DNA of 64,000 nucleotides, from positions 32,001-96,000 of the IMG/VR virus record IMGVR_UViG_3300002494_000025; one strand, 5' to 3'. The stretch comes from a virus. The notes below the pieces were generated by a model. That model worked only from the letters and a program-made list of their open reading frames with translations. It did no database searches and was not told where the DNA came from. The translations under genes and the position numbers were made by a program. This document shows positions 12,030 to 22,831 of the stretch, in pieces (position 1 is the stretch's first letter; every line of letters begins with the position of its first letter).

Positions 12030-12515
12030 ATGTTTGATGTACCACTATCAGAAATATCCGAAATTCATTTTAAACCACATAACACAATCTCATTTATTAA
12101 AGTTGTAACAAAATCAAATAAAATTCGTATACACAATTTACATCACTATCCAATTAACAATATATTGTTATCTTTGGAAACATATTTGTATTCATACGAA
12201 CAATTAATGTTTAACATAAAAGAAGATTTGTAGTACACTATATTTGTCGAAATAAAACACTATGTTGAAAATAAATTATGGAAACAAAACTCACATTTAC
12301 ACATACCTTATAAGTTTGAATTAAAAAATATCAAAACAAATAAAATCAGAACATTAGATACTAACATTATTTTTAAAACGTATCAGGTTGAAAACAAGGA
12401 CTATTTGATTTATAAATCTTTACGTGTTAATTGGAATACATGTTACGATATGAATGATATAAAACATGATATAAAACAGAATGAAGAAATTGATGGTGTC
12501 AACAGTAGTCAATAA
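12030..12515 (+). CDS. Hypothetical protein; one internal TAG
   Basis: GGTGA RBS. Reading continues past TAG at 12231 to TAA at 12513. Confidence 0.55.
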
Positions 12516-12519
12516 AAGT

Positions 12520-12581
12520 GTACGATTTTATCAAATTTAGTCGGTAAAAACGTACGATTTTATCGAATTTGGTCGATAAAA
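12520..12581. repeat. Two 30-bp direct repeats with internal dyad symmetry
   Basis: gtacgattttatcaaatttagtcggtaaaa and gtacgattttatcgaatttggtcgataaaa, period 32. Confidence 0.8.
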
Positions 12582-12606
12582 TTCGACACTATGTACTTAT
12601 ATAACA

Positions 12607-12635
12607 AAAGGGGGTCGATTCACTCAACCCCCTTT
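12607..12635. terminator. Bidirectional intrinsic terminator
   Basis: aaagggggt..accccctttc stem-loop between convergent genes. Confidence 0.65.
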
Positions 12636-12667
12636 CATATTAGTTATTCACTTGTCATTCAAACTAC

Positions 12668-12928
12668 TTATCGTAACTTCAAATTTTCAACATTATTAAT
12701 TCTTTTTTTGAACCATTCATATATTTGGTAACCGTTATAACCATACAAACGTAGTTCAGAAACGATTGTTGATATCAATTCTTCAAAAAGTTGATTGACT
12801 TCAGAGTTAGTGTTTATCTGAGACTGTAACTCATTCAAAAATGTACCAATTTTATATATTTTTTTATTTTCATTGAACCTAATAATTTCATTCATTATAT
12901 CAATTTCATACTTTCTTACTGTACTCAC
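12668..12928 (-). CDS. Hypothetical protein
   Basis: GTG start with GAGGGGG RBS, TAG-free. Confidence 0.6.
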   Translation of the reverse strand: MSTVRKYEIDIMNEIIRFNENKKIYKIGTFLNELQSQINTNSEVNQLFEELISTIVSELRLYGYNGYQIYEWFKKRINNVENLKLR

Positions 12929-12944
12929 ACAGTTACCCCCTCAT

Positions 12945-13361
12945 TTACACTTCAACTTGGTCTTTTACAAAATATGCAACTTCGATTCTACCAGATGTCA
13001 TTAGTTGTGTTGCAATAATCCAATATAAATCATTTCTATAATCAATCGTCAGAAATGATGTATAGGGATTGTATGAGAATGTAAACTTATATTTATTGGT
13101 GCCCAGTGTGTCAACATTTACGTTTTCTACTGTGAAATCAAATGGTGGACGTATTAAAATGAGTTCCAACGTTGCACCTTTTCGTATTTGTGGATATCTC
13201 ATGTACAATCTATAACCATAATGTTTGGGTTTTGGTAGTTCCATCATAGAACCAGGATTCAATACATATTTATAAGGTTCAACATTATGGTTCTTCCACC
13301 AACCCATTCGATAATACGAACTTAAATAATCATACATCGTTCTTTCAATATCTCTACTCAC
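12945..13361 (-). CDS. Hypothetical protein
   Basis: ORF in a tightly packed operon with GGTGGTGG RBS. Confidence 0.65.
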   Translation of the reverse strand: MSRDIERTMYDYLSSYYRMGWWKNHNVEPYKYVLNPGSMMELPKPKHYGYRLYMRYPQIRKGATLELILIRPPFDFTVENVNVDTLGTNKYKFTFSYNPYTSFLTIDYRNDLYWIIATQLMTSGRIEVAYFVKDQVEV

Positions 13362-13362
13362 T

Positions 13363-14046
13363 TTATTCCACCACCTTTACCTTTTCTTTAAAAATTAATT
13401 CCACCGACTTAATAATATCTATAGGGATGTAATCACTACACATGTTTAAGTTGTCAAGTATCTTTTTCGAATTAGAACGTTTATAAATATTTTTGTTACG
13501 ATTGCTATACGTATGAAACAACGTGTAATTATCGGTTAAAATTTCACCTAGTAGGGTACGAATGTTGTTAACAACTACACTAACTGGTATATCGATGTAA
13601 TGATTCACAAACAAATTACCAGTGTTGACACTAAAAAATGTTGTAATCGTTAAATATCCGGTTTCTTTACTCCCAAAGATACTTCGAATTTGTTGTTTGA
13701 TACTTGTACTTGATACTATGTTATCTATTCCAAGTTTCTGTAGTTTATACTGTATTATATCTACGTTGTTATCGTCATAAACCGAGTAAACGTAGTAAAT
13801 AAAAAGTTCATTAACATTAAATTTATTTGTTGCAATTAAAAAGTTTTTGTTAAACATGTCATTCTTGTCAAACACAAGGTACAGTGTAATAAATGTATCT
13901 TTTTCTCTATTGAAGAACACATACATATATTGTTTATTTTTTGTGAAAGATGTAATGTTAATTGGTTGGAATAACGAAACACTTGTAGTAACAAGTAACC
14001 CTGTAGTTATATCAATATTTGGTGTAACGATTGAGATTGATTCCAT
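13363..14046 (-). CDS. Hypothetical protein
   Basis: 227-aa ORF directly downstream of the Mre11-like gene. Confidence 0.65.
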   Translation of the reverse strand: MESISIVTPNIDITTGLLVTTSVSLFQPINITSFTKNKQYMYVFFNREKDTFITLYLVFDKNDMFNKNFLIATNKFNVNELFIYYVYSVYDDNNVDIIQYKLQKLGIDNIVSSTSIKQQIRSIFGSKETGYLTITTFFSVNTGNLFVNHYIDIPVSVVVNNIRTLLGEILTDNYTLFHTYSNRNKNIYKRSNSKKILDNLNMCSDYIPIDIIKSVELIFKEKVKVVE

Positions 14047-14050
14047 TTTA

Positions 14051-15229
14051 TCACCCCTGTTGATTGGATAATGAATTTAAATTTACAACATATGTATTGA
14101 ACAAATTGATCAACAACTCTTCATCATATGTAATTCCTTTGTTCCTTAAACTTTGGATATATTCCATAAGATATTCAACAAAATACTCTTCAAAAGTAAG
14201 ATACTTTTCTTCTACAATTTCAGTTTCTTGTTGTAATTTATTATCTTTTAATAAATTACTTAATGTTATTAACTTTTTTACATGAGAATTATTACTTAGT
14301 TTATTGATTACAACATCATCAATATTTGAATTATCTGTTAGATGTAGTTTAACAACGTATAGATGATGGTTATCATTTAAAAATGGTTCATACTTATCAT
14401 ACTCATTACTCATAAACTCTAAATACTTAACTTGGTGTGGCCACTCATTAAATGTTAATTGATATGTGTTAAGATCAAATTCATAATATCCGTATATATT
14501 ATTATGTACCGTTGTTTTTTCACTAAAACTCTTTGGGAAACATGTAATAACATAATAATTATCATCTGGAATTCGAATATCCTTAGTGTGATAATGTCCT
14601 TGAAAGAACTTGTAATTGAGGTTACTCGTTTGTAGGAACATTCTCAACTCGTTGTAATTGAGATAATGTGGATTGTTAGTTACATCAACATTTTCAAATT
14701 GTGTAATAATTTCTGAAATTTCAGCATGTGATATAAACAAATGTAATGACCGATTGTGATATGTATTTGTGGTTATAACATTTTTTATTTTCTCAATTAC
14801 GATATCAGTCAGTGTATTATCAACAATATCTTTGAAGAACTCTTTGGGGTAATATGGAATAAAATGGATATACAGGTCTGGAGAAAATTGAATTGTGGAA
14901 ACTTCCTTCACAGTAATCGTACGTTTATACGTACTTAACAGATTAGTTACATTGACAATTTGATTCATTATATCGTGATTTCCGTTGATTAAGTATACTT
15001 TCTTAAACAAACTAACTATTTTACCGTACAATAGCATATCAAAGTACGTAATTTTACTAATATTATCGAACAAATCACCCCCAATTAATAAAACATCTTC
15101 ATTAGGGGTTAGTTGTAAATTTAAAAAACTTTTCAATAATTGAATACTTCTTTCTGACATACTTTTTTTATTACTAAACAATGTGTTACTCTGTGTGATA
15201 TGTAAATCCGATACTATGTACAATTTCAA
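14051..15229 (-). CDS. SbcD/Mre11/T4 gp47-like metallophosphoesterase nuclease
   Basis: SDLH, GGDLFD, GNHD and GHYH motifs. TAG-free with one Ala in 392 aa. Confidence 0.9.
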   Translation of the reverse strand: MKLYIVSDLHITQSNTLFSNKKSMSERSIQLLKSFLNLQLTPNEDVLLIGGDLFDNISKITYFDMLLYGKIVSLFKKVYLINGNHDIMNQIVNVTNLLSTYKRTITVKEVSTIQFSPDLYIHFIPYYPKEFFKDIVDNTLTDIVIEKIKNVITTNTYHNRSLHLFISHAEISEIITQFENVDVTNNPHYLNYNELRMFLQTSNLNYKFFQGHYHTKDIRIPDDNYYVITCFPKSFSEKTTVHNNIYGYYEFDLNTYQLTFNEWPHQVKYLEFMSNEYDKYEPFLNDNHHLYVVKLHLTDNSNIDDVVINKLSNNSHVKKLITLSNLLKDNKLQQETEIVEEKYLTFEEYFVEYLMEYIQSLRNKGITYDEELLINLFNTYVVNLNSLSNQQG

Positions 15230-15299
15230 ATTTCAACCCCCCTTTATTTTTTTATTCCATATTGTGTTACATTAATAATATGTTATATTTTTACAAAAT

Positions 15300-17948
15300 T
15301 TAAATTATTCCCCCGAATAATGTGTACAGTTGTTGAACATTGTTATTGGTTGTTACAGTACTCAGTATATCGTTAATAATTTTTTCAGACATAAAACTTT
15401 CAAATCGTCTAACAAACTGTTCATAGATTGAAAGATAATCGACTTTTATTGTTTTGTCATTAGTTAGAATTTCTTTTACAATCTTGGTATCATTTTCCTT
15501 AAATGAAAGGTAACCACTTATTTCAGTAACCTTTTTTCGTTTCTCATTAAAAATTTCTCTTGCCACATTAAAATATTTTGATGTATTAAGTATTTTTACA
15601 GGAATTACATAAATTTTTTGACCAATAAGTTCGTTATCGTCATAATCAATATCCATAACATCTTCCGCGATATACTTGAATAACTTCCAACCACGTAGAT
15701 GATATGGATCAACTTTATACTCCAGCGTTGTAAGTGTTTTCGACTCTGCAATTTCTTCAAGATGTGTAGTTTCAAGTTCGTTATAAATTTGTACAAATAA
15801 ATCCTTCATGTCTTTTTCAGATATATTATCATTGGTTACAAGTAACATAAACAATTGACGTAGTTTATTTTTCAAAAATTGTGGAAAATCAGACCTTGCC
15901 AAGTCAACACCTTTATATATTTCCTTCCCATGGTAATCAAACCCGTAGTAACGTTTTTTCACACCAAAGAATTTTACACGTTTAAACACTTTATCAATTT
16001 CCATTCTCAGTGTATTGATTTGTCTTAGTTCTTCATCACTTATATTCTGTATAATTTCCTTCAAAAAATCTGGTATTTTGTTATTTACATGTTCCCTTAT
16101 ACGTTCAGCACATACTAATGTAACTTCTTCGTTATCCATTATTACCGGATTTATAAATATAAACTCGATAAATACACTGTCTGTATCACCGTATACTACT
16201 TTAGTTAAAAATGTATACTTAAACCCATTTATATCTTCTCTCCAAGTTTTATCATCAACATAGTCAATAACACTTCTTATCAAATACCTTCCTACAGATG
16301 TAATTGATAGTGCAACATCTGTATTGTAAAATGTAAAATATTTTGTTCCGAACACCCCATAAATACTATTTGCCAAAATTTTATAGTTTAGTTGTCTATT
16401 ATAGTATTCCATATTATCGGGGTGTTCTTTACTTAGTTTCTTATAGTAGAATCTCATTTCTAATATATTTCTTATCATCTTTCGTATAAGTGTATCTTTT
16501 TGTAAGAAGTATACGTCACGAACACCTGTTAATTCTTTGTTGATATGTGTATATTTCACAGGTTCTGTGGGTTTCTTTACTGGTTGGATATCTATACTGC
16601 ATGTCAGTATTATATTTGGGTATAGTGATGCAAAGTCTAAGACTACGACGTTTTTATGTACTCCATCATCCGGGGTATGTACATATGCACCGGTGTAACT
16701 TTCATCGTTGTTTTCCTCGGGATCTATATTCTTTACACCAGACGTAAAAGGCAACAACACATTTTCCTTCCATGCAAATAGATTCAAATAACCTTCGACT
16801 GTGTATAAGGTACTCATGAGTTTATCAAGATTTATTGGAACAATTTCGTTAAATGAATTCAACAGTGTAATTAATTTTAATTTTTCTTCGAGTTTGACCA
16901 GTATCTCAACATCACGTATTATGTAACTTAAAAAACGTTTGTAATCATCAATATGTAGATATCCCATCTTTTCTGTTTTTCCAAATTCTAATCCATTGAT
17001 TTTTGCAATATTATCCAGACCCCAACTTGTTGGTGTCTCTGGTATAAATTTTTCGTATAATTCTTTATAATCAATGAAATAAATCATTGGTACATTTATG
17101 TAATATACAACACCACGTCCACCTTGTGCAAATTCCTTAAAGTATGGTTTACTTATCTTATACTCATTGGAATCAAAGGATAAAAAATCATTGAATAATC
17201 CATGTTGAATCAGTCGTTTGACCAAGTATGGAATATCATACATGTTAGAAAACCATCCTGTAATTATGGATGGTTTTTGTATTTTCACATAAATTAAAAA
17301 TTTATCCAACAAGTCCACTTCATCTTTTGCAATGGTGATTTTAGTCTTTATGTTGTACTGTTGGTGGTATTCTCTTTCATATTCAATTACATCCTTAGGA
17401 TTATTAACTTTAATAAATTCAGTGTTAATGATAGTATAATACGTATTGTCGGTATTGTTATACCAGGTGATAGAAGTAATTGGCATCATCGCTTGTTGAG
17501 GTTTGTTCCATCCGTGTTTAAGTGCTTCCGGTGTAGAATACACTTCTATGTCCAACATCCAATATGTTCTATCGAATTGAATATCCTCAACAGTAAACAA
17601 TCCTACATCTTTAATAAAATTTCCCACAATAAGTTTTCGCTTTTTCAACCCTGCTAAATATCTCACAAATTCATTCTTAAATTCTCTAAATGCATAATAA
17701 TCATGTTTGTCATCTTTTAGAAAGACTTCATAAATTGATTCACCATTCAACCCAGTAAAGTTTGTCTTTTTTACACCGATATTAATGTTTTTCTCCTTCA
17801 AAAATGATTTCAAATACTGTAAACCTTCCTCTACCAAATAGAAGGAAGGTTTCATTTTAAGAATATTTAGTTTATCTTCCGTCGTGTGTATCAAAAATTG
17901 ATATTTATCTTTATCATAATACAAATTCTTAATTTTCATATAAACCAT
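15300..17948 (-). CDS. polB: Family B DNA polymerase with proofreading exonuclease (gp43-like)
   Basis: DIEV ExoI, YDIPY, DFASLYP, KILANSIYG, YGDTDS and KKRY motifs. Confidence 0.95.
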   Translation of the reverse strand: MVYMKIKNLYYDKDKYQFLIHTTEDKLNILKMKPSFYLVEEGLQYLKSFLKEKNINIGVKKTNFTGLNGESIYEVFLKDDKHDYYAFREFKNEFVRYLAGLKKRKLIVGNFIKDVGLFTVEDIQFDRTYWMLDIEVYSTPEALKHGWNKPQQAMMPITSITWYNNTDNTYYTIINTEFIKVNNPKDVIEYEREYHQQYNIKTKITIAKDEVDLLDKFLIYVKIQKPSIITGWFSNMYDIPYLVKRLIQHGLFNDFLSFDSNEYKISKPYFKEFAQGGRGVVYYINVPMIYFIDYKELYEKFIPETPTSWGLDNIAKINGLEFGKTEKMGYLHIDDYKRFLSYIIRDVEILVKLEEKLKLITLLNSFNEIVPINLDKLMSTLYTVEGYLNLFAWKENVLLPFTSGVKNIDPEENNDESYTGAYVHTPDDGVHKNVVVLDFASLYPNIILTCSIDIQPVKKPTEPVKYTHINKELTGVRDVYFLQKDTLIRKMIRNILEMRFYYKKLSKEHPDNMEYYNRQLNYKILANSIYGVFGTKYFTFYNTDVALSITSVGRYLIRSVIDYVDDKTWREDINGFKYTFLTKVVYGDTDSVFIEFIFINPVIMDNEEVTLVCAERIREHVNNKIPDFLKEIIQNISDEELRQINTLRMEIDKVFKRVKFFGVKKRYYGFDYHGKEIYKGVDLARSDFPQFLKNKLRQLFMLLVTNDNISEKDMKDLFVQIYNELETTHLEEIAESKTLTTLEYKVDPYHLRGWKLFKYIAEDVMDIDYDDNELIGQKIYVIPVKILNTSKYFNVAREIFNEKRKKVTEISGYLSFKENDTKIVKEILTNDKTIKVDYLSIYEQFVRRFESFMSEKIINDILSTVTTNNNVQQLYTLFGGII

Positions 17949-18062
17949 CCCTCCTCAACATATAAACAATTCTGTCTCTAATAATAATATGTTGACATTT
18001 ACAATTTTACTTAAAAAAAGACAGGGTTTAAACCCTGTTTTTATAACAACAACTTCAACTTT

Positions 18063-18965
18063 TTATAACAACTTCCTTAGTTCTTTGAAGGAATCGTCAT
18101 TATGAATTTTTATATATAATGTGACATACAGATTTGGTAGTACATGTTCATACATCAACCTATATTCAACACTTGTCATATATATTAACATGTCCGTCAA
18201 TATTTCATTAACTATTATGAACCAGTCCGTGTAATAGTCAAGATCATGTTTATTGTTCATGAGTCGGTGTATATAATTTAATATATATATGTCGTATTCT
18301 GTTCTATTTTCAAGAATCCTTTTACGTAACATATATATAATACCACCCATTACACCATCTTCTATGATCTCCCAAAAGTCCATAAATAATGGGTCTTTTT
18401 CATCATCAATATTCAAATCAATTAATTTATCTAGTATGACATATTTAGTACCTTTCCAAATCTTATATGCCTGTGATTTATTTTTTAGTGTCTTATAACT
18501 AAAATATTTTCCCATGTTTGTATATATGTATTCTATATCTTTAACAAATGCATTGTAGAATTCTTTTCTATATTTATTTGTTAAAACCCAGATTGGGACG
18601 TGTGTTAGTTCATGTAACACAATATACAATGTATACCATACTACCCCCTTCTGTTTTTCTGTATCATTAATTGTTGTAGTATCATTTTCAATTGAATTTT
18701 TGATTTTGTAAACATCCGATAAATTAAAATAAATTACCGGGTGAAATCCTTCCCGGTTAAATTCTACTGTAAAATGTGAAGTTTCGGATTCATTATTGAT
18801 GATTACAATTTTACCACCACGTTTTTTAAAATACTTCAGTAGTAGTTTACCATTACTATAATATGGTCGTATATCACCTTCCAAATACTGTTTTATTTCA
18901 TTTTTATTACAACTCAATAACTGTGACATTAATTTTTCTATTTCCATCACCACACCACCTCCCAT
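18063..18965 (-). CDS. Putative zinc metallopeptidase-like protein (HExxH)
   Basis: VLHELTH motif. Actual start is probably an ATG/GTG near 18947-18950. Confidence 0.5.
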   Translation of the reverse strand: MGGGVVMEIEKLMSQLLSCNKNEIKQYLEGDIRPYYSNGKLLLKYFKKRGGKIVIINNESETSHFTVEFNREGFHPVIYFNLSDVYKIKNSIENDTTTINDTEKQKGVVWYTLYIVLHELTHVPIWVLTNKYRKEFYNAFVKDIEYIYTNMGKYFSYKTLKNKSQAYKIWKGTKYVILDKLIDLNIDDEKDPLFMDFWEIIEDGVMGGIIYMLRKRILENRTEYDIYILNYIHRLMNNKHDLDYYTDWFIIVNEILTDMLIYMTSVEYRLMYEHVLPNLYVTLYIKIHNDDSFKELRKLL

Positions 18966-19111
18966 GTATTCATCATTGTTAAAACTTAAATAAAATAAGA
19001 AATAAGAACTGTGTTTTTAATCGTTAATTTTGTCAAGAGTATACATACGCATAGTAATACACTATCATTCTTTAGTTAGTTGTACATAATTCAATCAGGG
19101 GGTGGACATCA

Positions 19112-19930
19112 ATGAAACTAACACATAATAAAATTAACCATACCAATTATAAACAGGGGATTGGTCATAAAAAAACATTGTTCTATATAGGTATTATCAC
19201 AAGTTTGTTAATATTGAGTATATCGTCCTTTATAATTGTAACATCCTATTTAAAAATTTTATTTAAATCTCAAATTGAAGTATCTCAACCAATATCAATC
19301 GAAGATCAGGTAGATCAAATAACTGAAGTACATACAACTATAGAAACGTCTACAACTTCATTGGAAATAAAAAATGAAGAAAAAATTAAACAAAAAACTA
19401 ATATAGAAACACAACAGATGATTATGTATTCAACATTAAGACATTTTGGAATCTCCGAACAAAATACAAGACAAATAACCAAAGCAACATTCGAAGAACT
19501 CCCAAACATCTCAAAGTACGGATTCACATATGAAGATGTTATTGCGTTAATTTATCTCGAAAGTGCATTTAAAAATCACAGTCCTTACTGGGACAATCAT
19601 GGTGTAGCTGTTGGATATTTTTCCATCCATAATGTTGCACTTAATAGAGTTAAAAAACATTATCCACATGAATTTGGTCATATCAAAAATAACAAAGACT
19701 TATTAAAATCACCTTACTATCAAACTAAAGTTGCATTGAGATATATATACATAATAATTCAATCAGAAATAAAAGATTCTGAAAAATATTGTAATCTTAA
19801 ATACTATGTGTTGAGTCGTTACAATGGTAGAACAACTAATTTATACGATAACGTATACATAAGGATTTTCAAAAACCGTTTGTCACAAGTGAAATCAATA
19901 ATACAAAAACAGACAACAACGGATTTGTAA
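19112..19930 (+). CDS. Membrane-anchored lytic transglycosylase (SLT-like)
   Basis: N-terminal hydrophobic helix, ALIYLESAF (catalytic Glu), GYFSI and YNG motifs. TAG-free. Confidence 0.7.
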   Translation: MKLTHNKINHTNYKQGIGHKKTLFYIGIITSLLILSISSFIIVTSYLKILFKSQIEVSQPISIEDQVDQITEVHTTIETSTTSLEIKNEEKIKQKTNIETQQMIMYSTLRHFGISEQNTRQITKATFEELPNISKYGFTYEDVIALIYLESAFKNHSPYWDNHGVAVGYFSIHNVALNRVKKHYPHEFGHIKNNKDLLKSPYYQTKVALRYIYIIIQSEIKDSEKYCNLKYYVLSRYNGRTTNLYDNVYIRIFKNRLSQVKSIIQKQTTTDL

Positions 19931-19973
19931 TTTTAAAACAAAAAACCCTGGAACATTCCAGGGTTATTATTTA

Positions 19974-20354
19974 TTAATCTTTTTCCCACCAGTCTCTGAG
20001 TTCATCCATAACTTCTCTGAGTTTCTTTGAAAATTCTGGATTGTTTGTCTTGTTCATGACTGCCTACCAATTCAATTTACCAATCATTTCCTTGTATGTT
20101 ACATCACCAGAGTTTATCTAACTCTTGGCACGACGAACCATTTCATCCTTTGATACATCTGCTAAATTTGTTTTTTTATCATATCTCAGTACATCGTGTA
20201 AACTCCCCTTGTCAATACTCTTTGGTAGTTGTTCAGTTATTTCTGTTTTTTTAGTCTATTTTTTCTTTTTTGAACACTATTCTATTAACTGTTTTGTTTC
20301 AACTAACTCTTGTTTAATTGACTGTAGTGTTTCAAATAATCCTGTCCTTAACAT
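19974..20354 (-). CDS. Hypothetical protein; TAG-recoded
   Basis: GAGGTGG RBS. MLRTGLFETL..KGSLHDVL..RDWWEKD, with 4 internal TAGs and a TAA stop. Confidence 0.6.
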
Positions 20355-20568
20355 TCATACCACCTCACTTTTGTGGAAATTGAGTTTTCAATAACGTTGA
20401 TTTGATCAAGACTATACTTTTCAAGACTTCGATATCAAGTCTATTCGAAACATCATAAAACATCCGATTGTATATATACACCCCTTTTCTAAAAACACAC
20501 CATCCCATTATAAGTTTATAATAGTATTAATTCATTTACTAATTTTTAAACGATTTGACAATCACATA

Positions 20569-21672
20569 AATGATAATATTATACTCAATACAATAATTGA
20601 ACTACAATCAAATGATACCAACAATGATTATATTTTGTATACAAATGATGTGTAGTTAATCTTAAAATAGAAAATGTTCAATGTTGAAACATATACAAAT
20701 ATTAAATTTATTGACATTGAAAATTTTCATACCCACCAGTTCAGAATTGTTAAGATAACAAACGACGATTTTGAACGTTTAATACCTGTCATAGAACGCA
20801 ATCGCTTCGAATCAAATGACATAATTATCAATCGTACTGAGTATAACGTTGATCATAATTCAATTGATTCATATTTCTACATTACAAATGAAGAACAAGA
20901 TGTAAAATACTTATTCAGAAAATTAGATGGTAATACATAGAGGTTTGTATCTATAGAGAAACTATTACATGCATATCTAAGTGAATATCAATACGAAAAC
21001 TATGGATTAAAGATAATTAAACCACGTGACGATGAACAGTTATAGCTACTTGATAGTTTCTTTACAGATACACTAATAATATCATTATAGAAGTCTGGTA
21101 CTGGAAAGACATTGTTATAGTTGTTTTATTAGATAACAGAAGTACTTAAAAATAGACTAAATAAAACGTTAATACCAAAAACATATTCAAAAATTATCTT
21201 TATCGCCAATAATTCAGTTATCCAACCCCGTAAAGAGTTGGGTTTCCTACCAGGTAGTAAACATGAGAAAATATTACCATTTATGAGTGGTATCATCGAT
21301 AATTTAGATTTTCTCTTTAATGGAAATATTAATAATGACTTTGATATAACAAAAACAGATGTGAATAGTCTATTTGAAATCCGACCAATTTAGTACATCA
21401 GAGGTTCATCAATAAATAATTAGATCGTAATTGTTGATGAAGTTCAAAATCTAACATGGCACGAATTAAAAACAATAGTGACACGTGTGAATACATCAAC
21501 ATCAAAATTAATTCTCATTGGTGATATACATCAAGTCGATGAAACAATGTAGATAGATTATCTTGGTATTATGAAATTGATCAATGTATTGTTTGATTCA
21601 AACCTACAAAATTGGAATTATATACCACTTACCACAAGTTATAGAAATATGTTCACAAACACACAAACATAA
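20569..21672 (+). CDS. phoH: PhoH-family ATPase with partial PIN domain (PhoH2-like); TAG-recoded; start uncertain
   Basis: [32 protein letters not shown] and GDIHQVD. Upstream TNDV*LILK*K resembles a PIN-domain tail. No clear start or RBS for the PIN part. Confidence 0.8.
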
Positions 21673-21695
21673 CATAGATTATGGAATAAAAAAAA

Positions 21696-21720
21696 GGGTC
21701 TGAGGAAATCCTCAGACCTA
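21696..21720. terminator. Intrinsic terminator; near-copy at 22793-22815
   Basis: ggtctgagg aaat cctcagacc hairpin, with the similar ggtccgggg aaat ccccagacc at 22793. Confidence 0.65.
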
Positions 21721-21743
21721 TATATATTCTATTATTCAATTAT

Positions 21744-22313
21744 TTATTCACATTCTACTGGTGGATAATACAGTGTTGTATTGTTGTACTTTTTTAAAAA
21801 TTCTAATAATCCATTAACAGTGGTGTCATCATATATTACATTGGATAATGTATACATATCCACCCCCGTATGATAACCGGGGATGTGGTCCAAAAAGTTT
21901 CTAACTATTTCTATTAAACCTGGAAATTCCTTTAATTCTGATATTTCAAGGAGTTTGGATCTTGCTTCTTCTGTTTTTAATGTAACTTTTTCTAATGTTG
22001 TCAAGTCCCCGGCCCGAAGTTTATTTGGAGAATCAACATCAGGATCGGGGTTATCAGGACTAGTCACTGAAACTTTAGAAATTTTAAGAGTACTGCTACT
22101 ATGCCAATACCAATAATCGAATAGTATATATATTCCGGGGAATATTTTGTATAAATAGTACCCCTCGACCCGATTACTACCTGGGGTTCTGTTGACCGGT
22201 CGTATAAACTTCTTATTTTTAATTGAAAAAAACACCCCCATTAAACCTCGTTGTTTTGTTGTGCCATAATAATGACATCCTACAATATCAATTGTATTTA
22301 CACTTATACCCAT
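21744..22313 (-). CDS. Hypothetical protein, reminiscent of the crenarchaeal filamentous/rod-virus AFV1 ORF157-like family
   Basis: GGAGG RBS. FSIKNKKFIRP..YKIFPGIY..PGYH pattern; family assignment is from memory only. Confidence 0.4.
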   Translation of the reverse strand: MGISVNTIDIVGCHYYGTTKQRGLMGVFFSIKNKKFIRPVNRTPGSNRVEGYYLYKIFPGIYILFDYWYWHSSSTLKISKVSVTSPDNPDPDVDSPNKLRAGDLTTLEKVTLKTEEARSKLLEISELKEFPGLIEIVRNFLDHIPGYHTGVDMYTLSNVIYDDTTVNGLLEFLKKYNNTTLYYPPVECE

Positions 22314-22355
22314 AATACCTACCTCCTTTTTAAAATGATATTTGTTTTCGTACAG

Positions 22356-22646
22356 TTATATCATATCACATATATTATTTTTTGTCAATACTTTATTTTT
22401 ATTTTTTTTTAGATCATCATTTACATACCATTCATAACTAAAAAAGATATATTTTCCTGGTAAAACACCACTATACATATAAAAACCCTCATTAACACTA
22501 CCTTCCTTGGATATTGGTTTTACAAACTTCTTGTCTATAGGAGAAAACAATACTATCTTCAACCTTACACTATCAGGAGAATTAAAATACTTTCCACCCT
22601 TAAAAGTAAACAAACTTGTTGTATTCTCACCATTAACCTCAACCAT
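22356..22646 (-). CDS. Shorter paralog of the 21744-22313 gene
   Basis: FSPIDKKFVKP..EGFYMY..LPGKYIFFSY aligns with FSIKNKKFIRP..EGYYLY..FPGIYILFDY. Confidence 0.6.
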   Translation of the reverse strand: MVEVNGENTTSLFTFKGGKYFNSPDSVRLKIVLFSPIDKKFVKPISKEGSVNEGFYMYSGVLPGKYIFFSYEWYVNDDLKKNKNKVLTKNNICDMI

Positions 22647-22831
22647 AATATCATCCCTTAAAATACTTTAGAAAACCGACAATTTCTGTTCTACCACTAA
22701 TTGTTAATGTCACAAAATATCACCACCACTATAATTTAAGTTTTGAACTTCCTAACTTTTTTTTTATTTTTTTTAGTATGAAATAAAAAAGAGGTCCGGG
22801 GAAATCCCCAGACCGAAAATTTATTTGTTAA

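Noticed and set aside
12600-12640. Suppressor tRNA gene (GGGGGTCGATTC looks like a T-arm)
   Set aside because: It forms a simple terminator hairpin with no cloverleaf. I recognised no tRNA in the window, though tRNAscan-SE is needed to be sure.
15300-17948. Intein or intron in PolB, RecA-like or terminase genes
   Set aside because: Lengths and motif spacing are normal, and I saw no splice motifs or homing endonuclease inserts.
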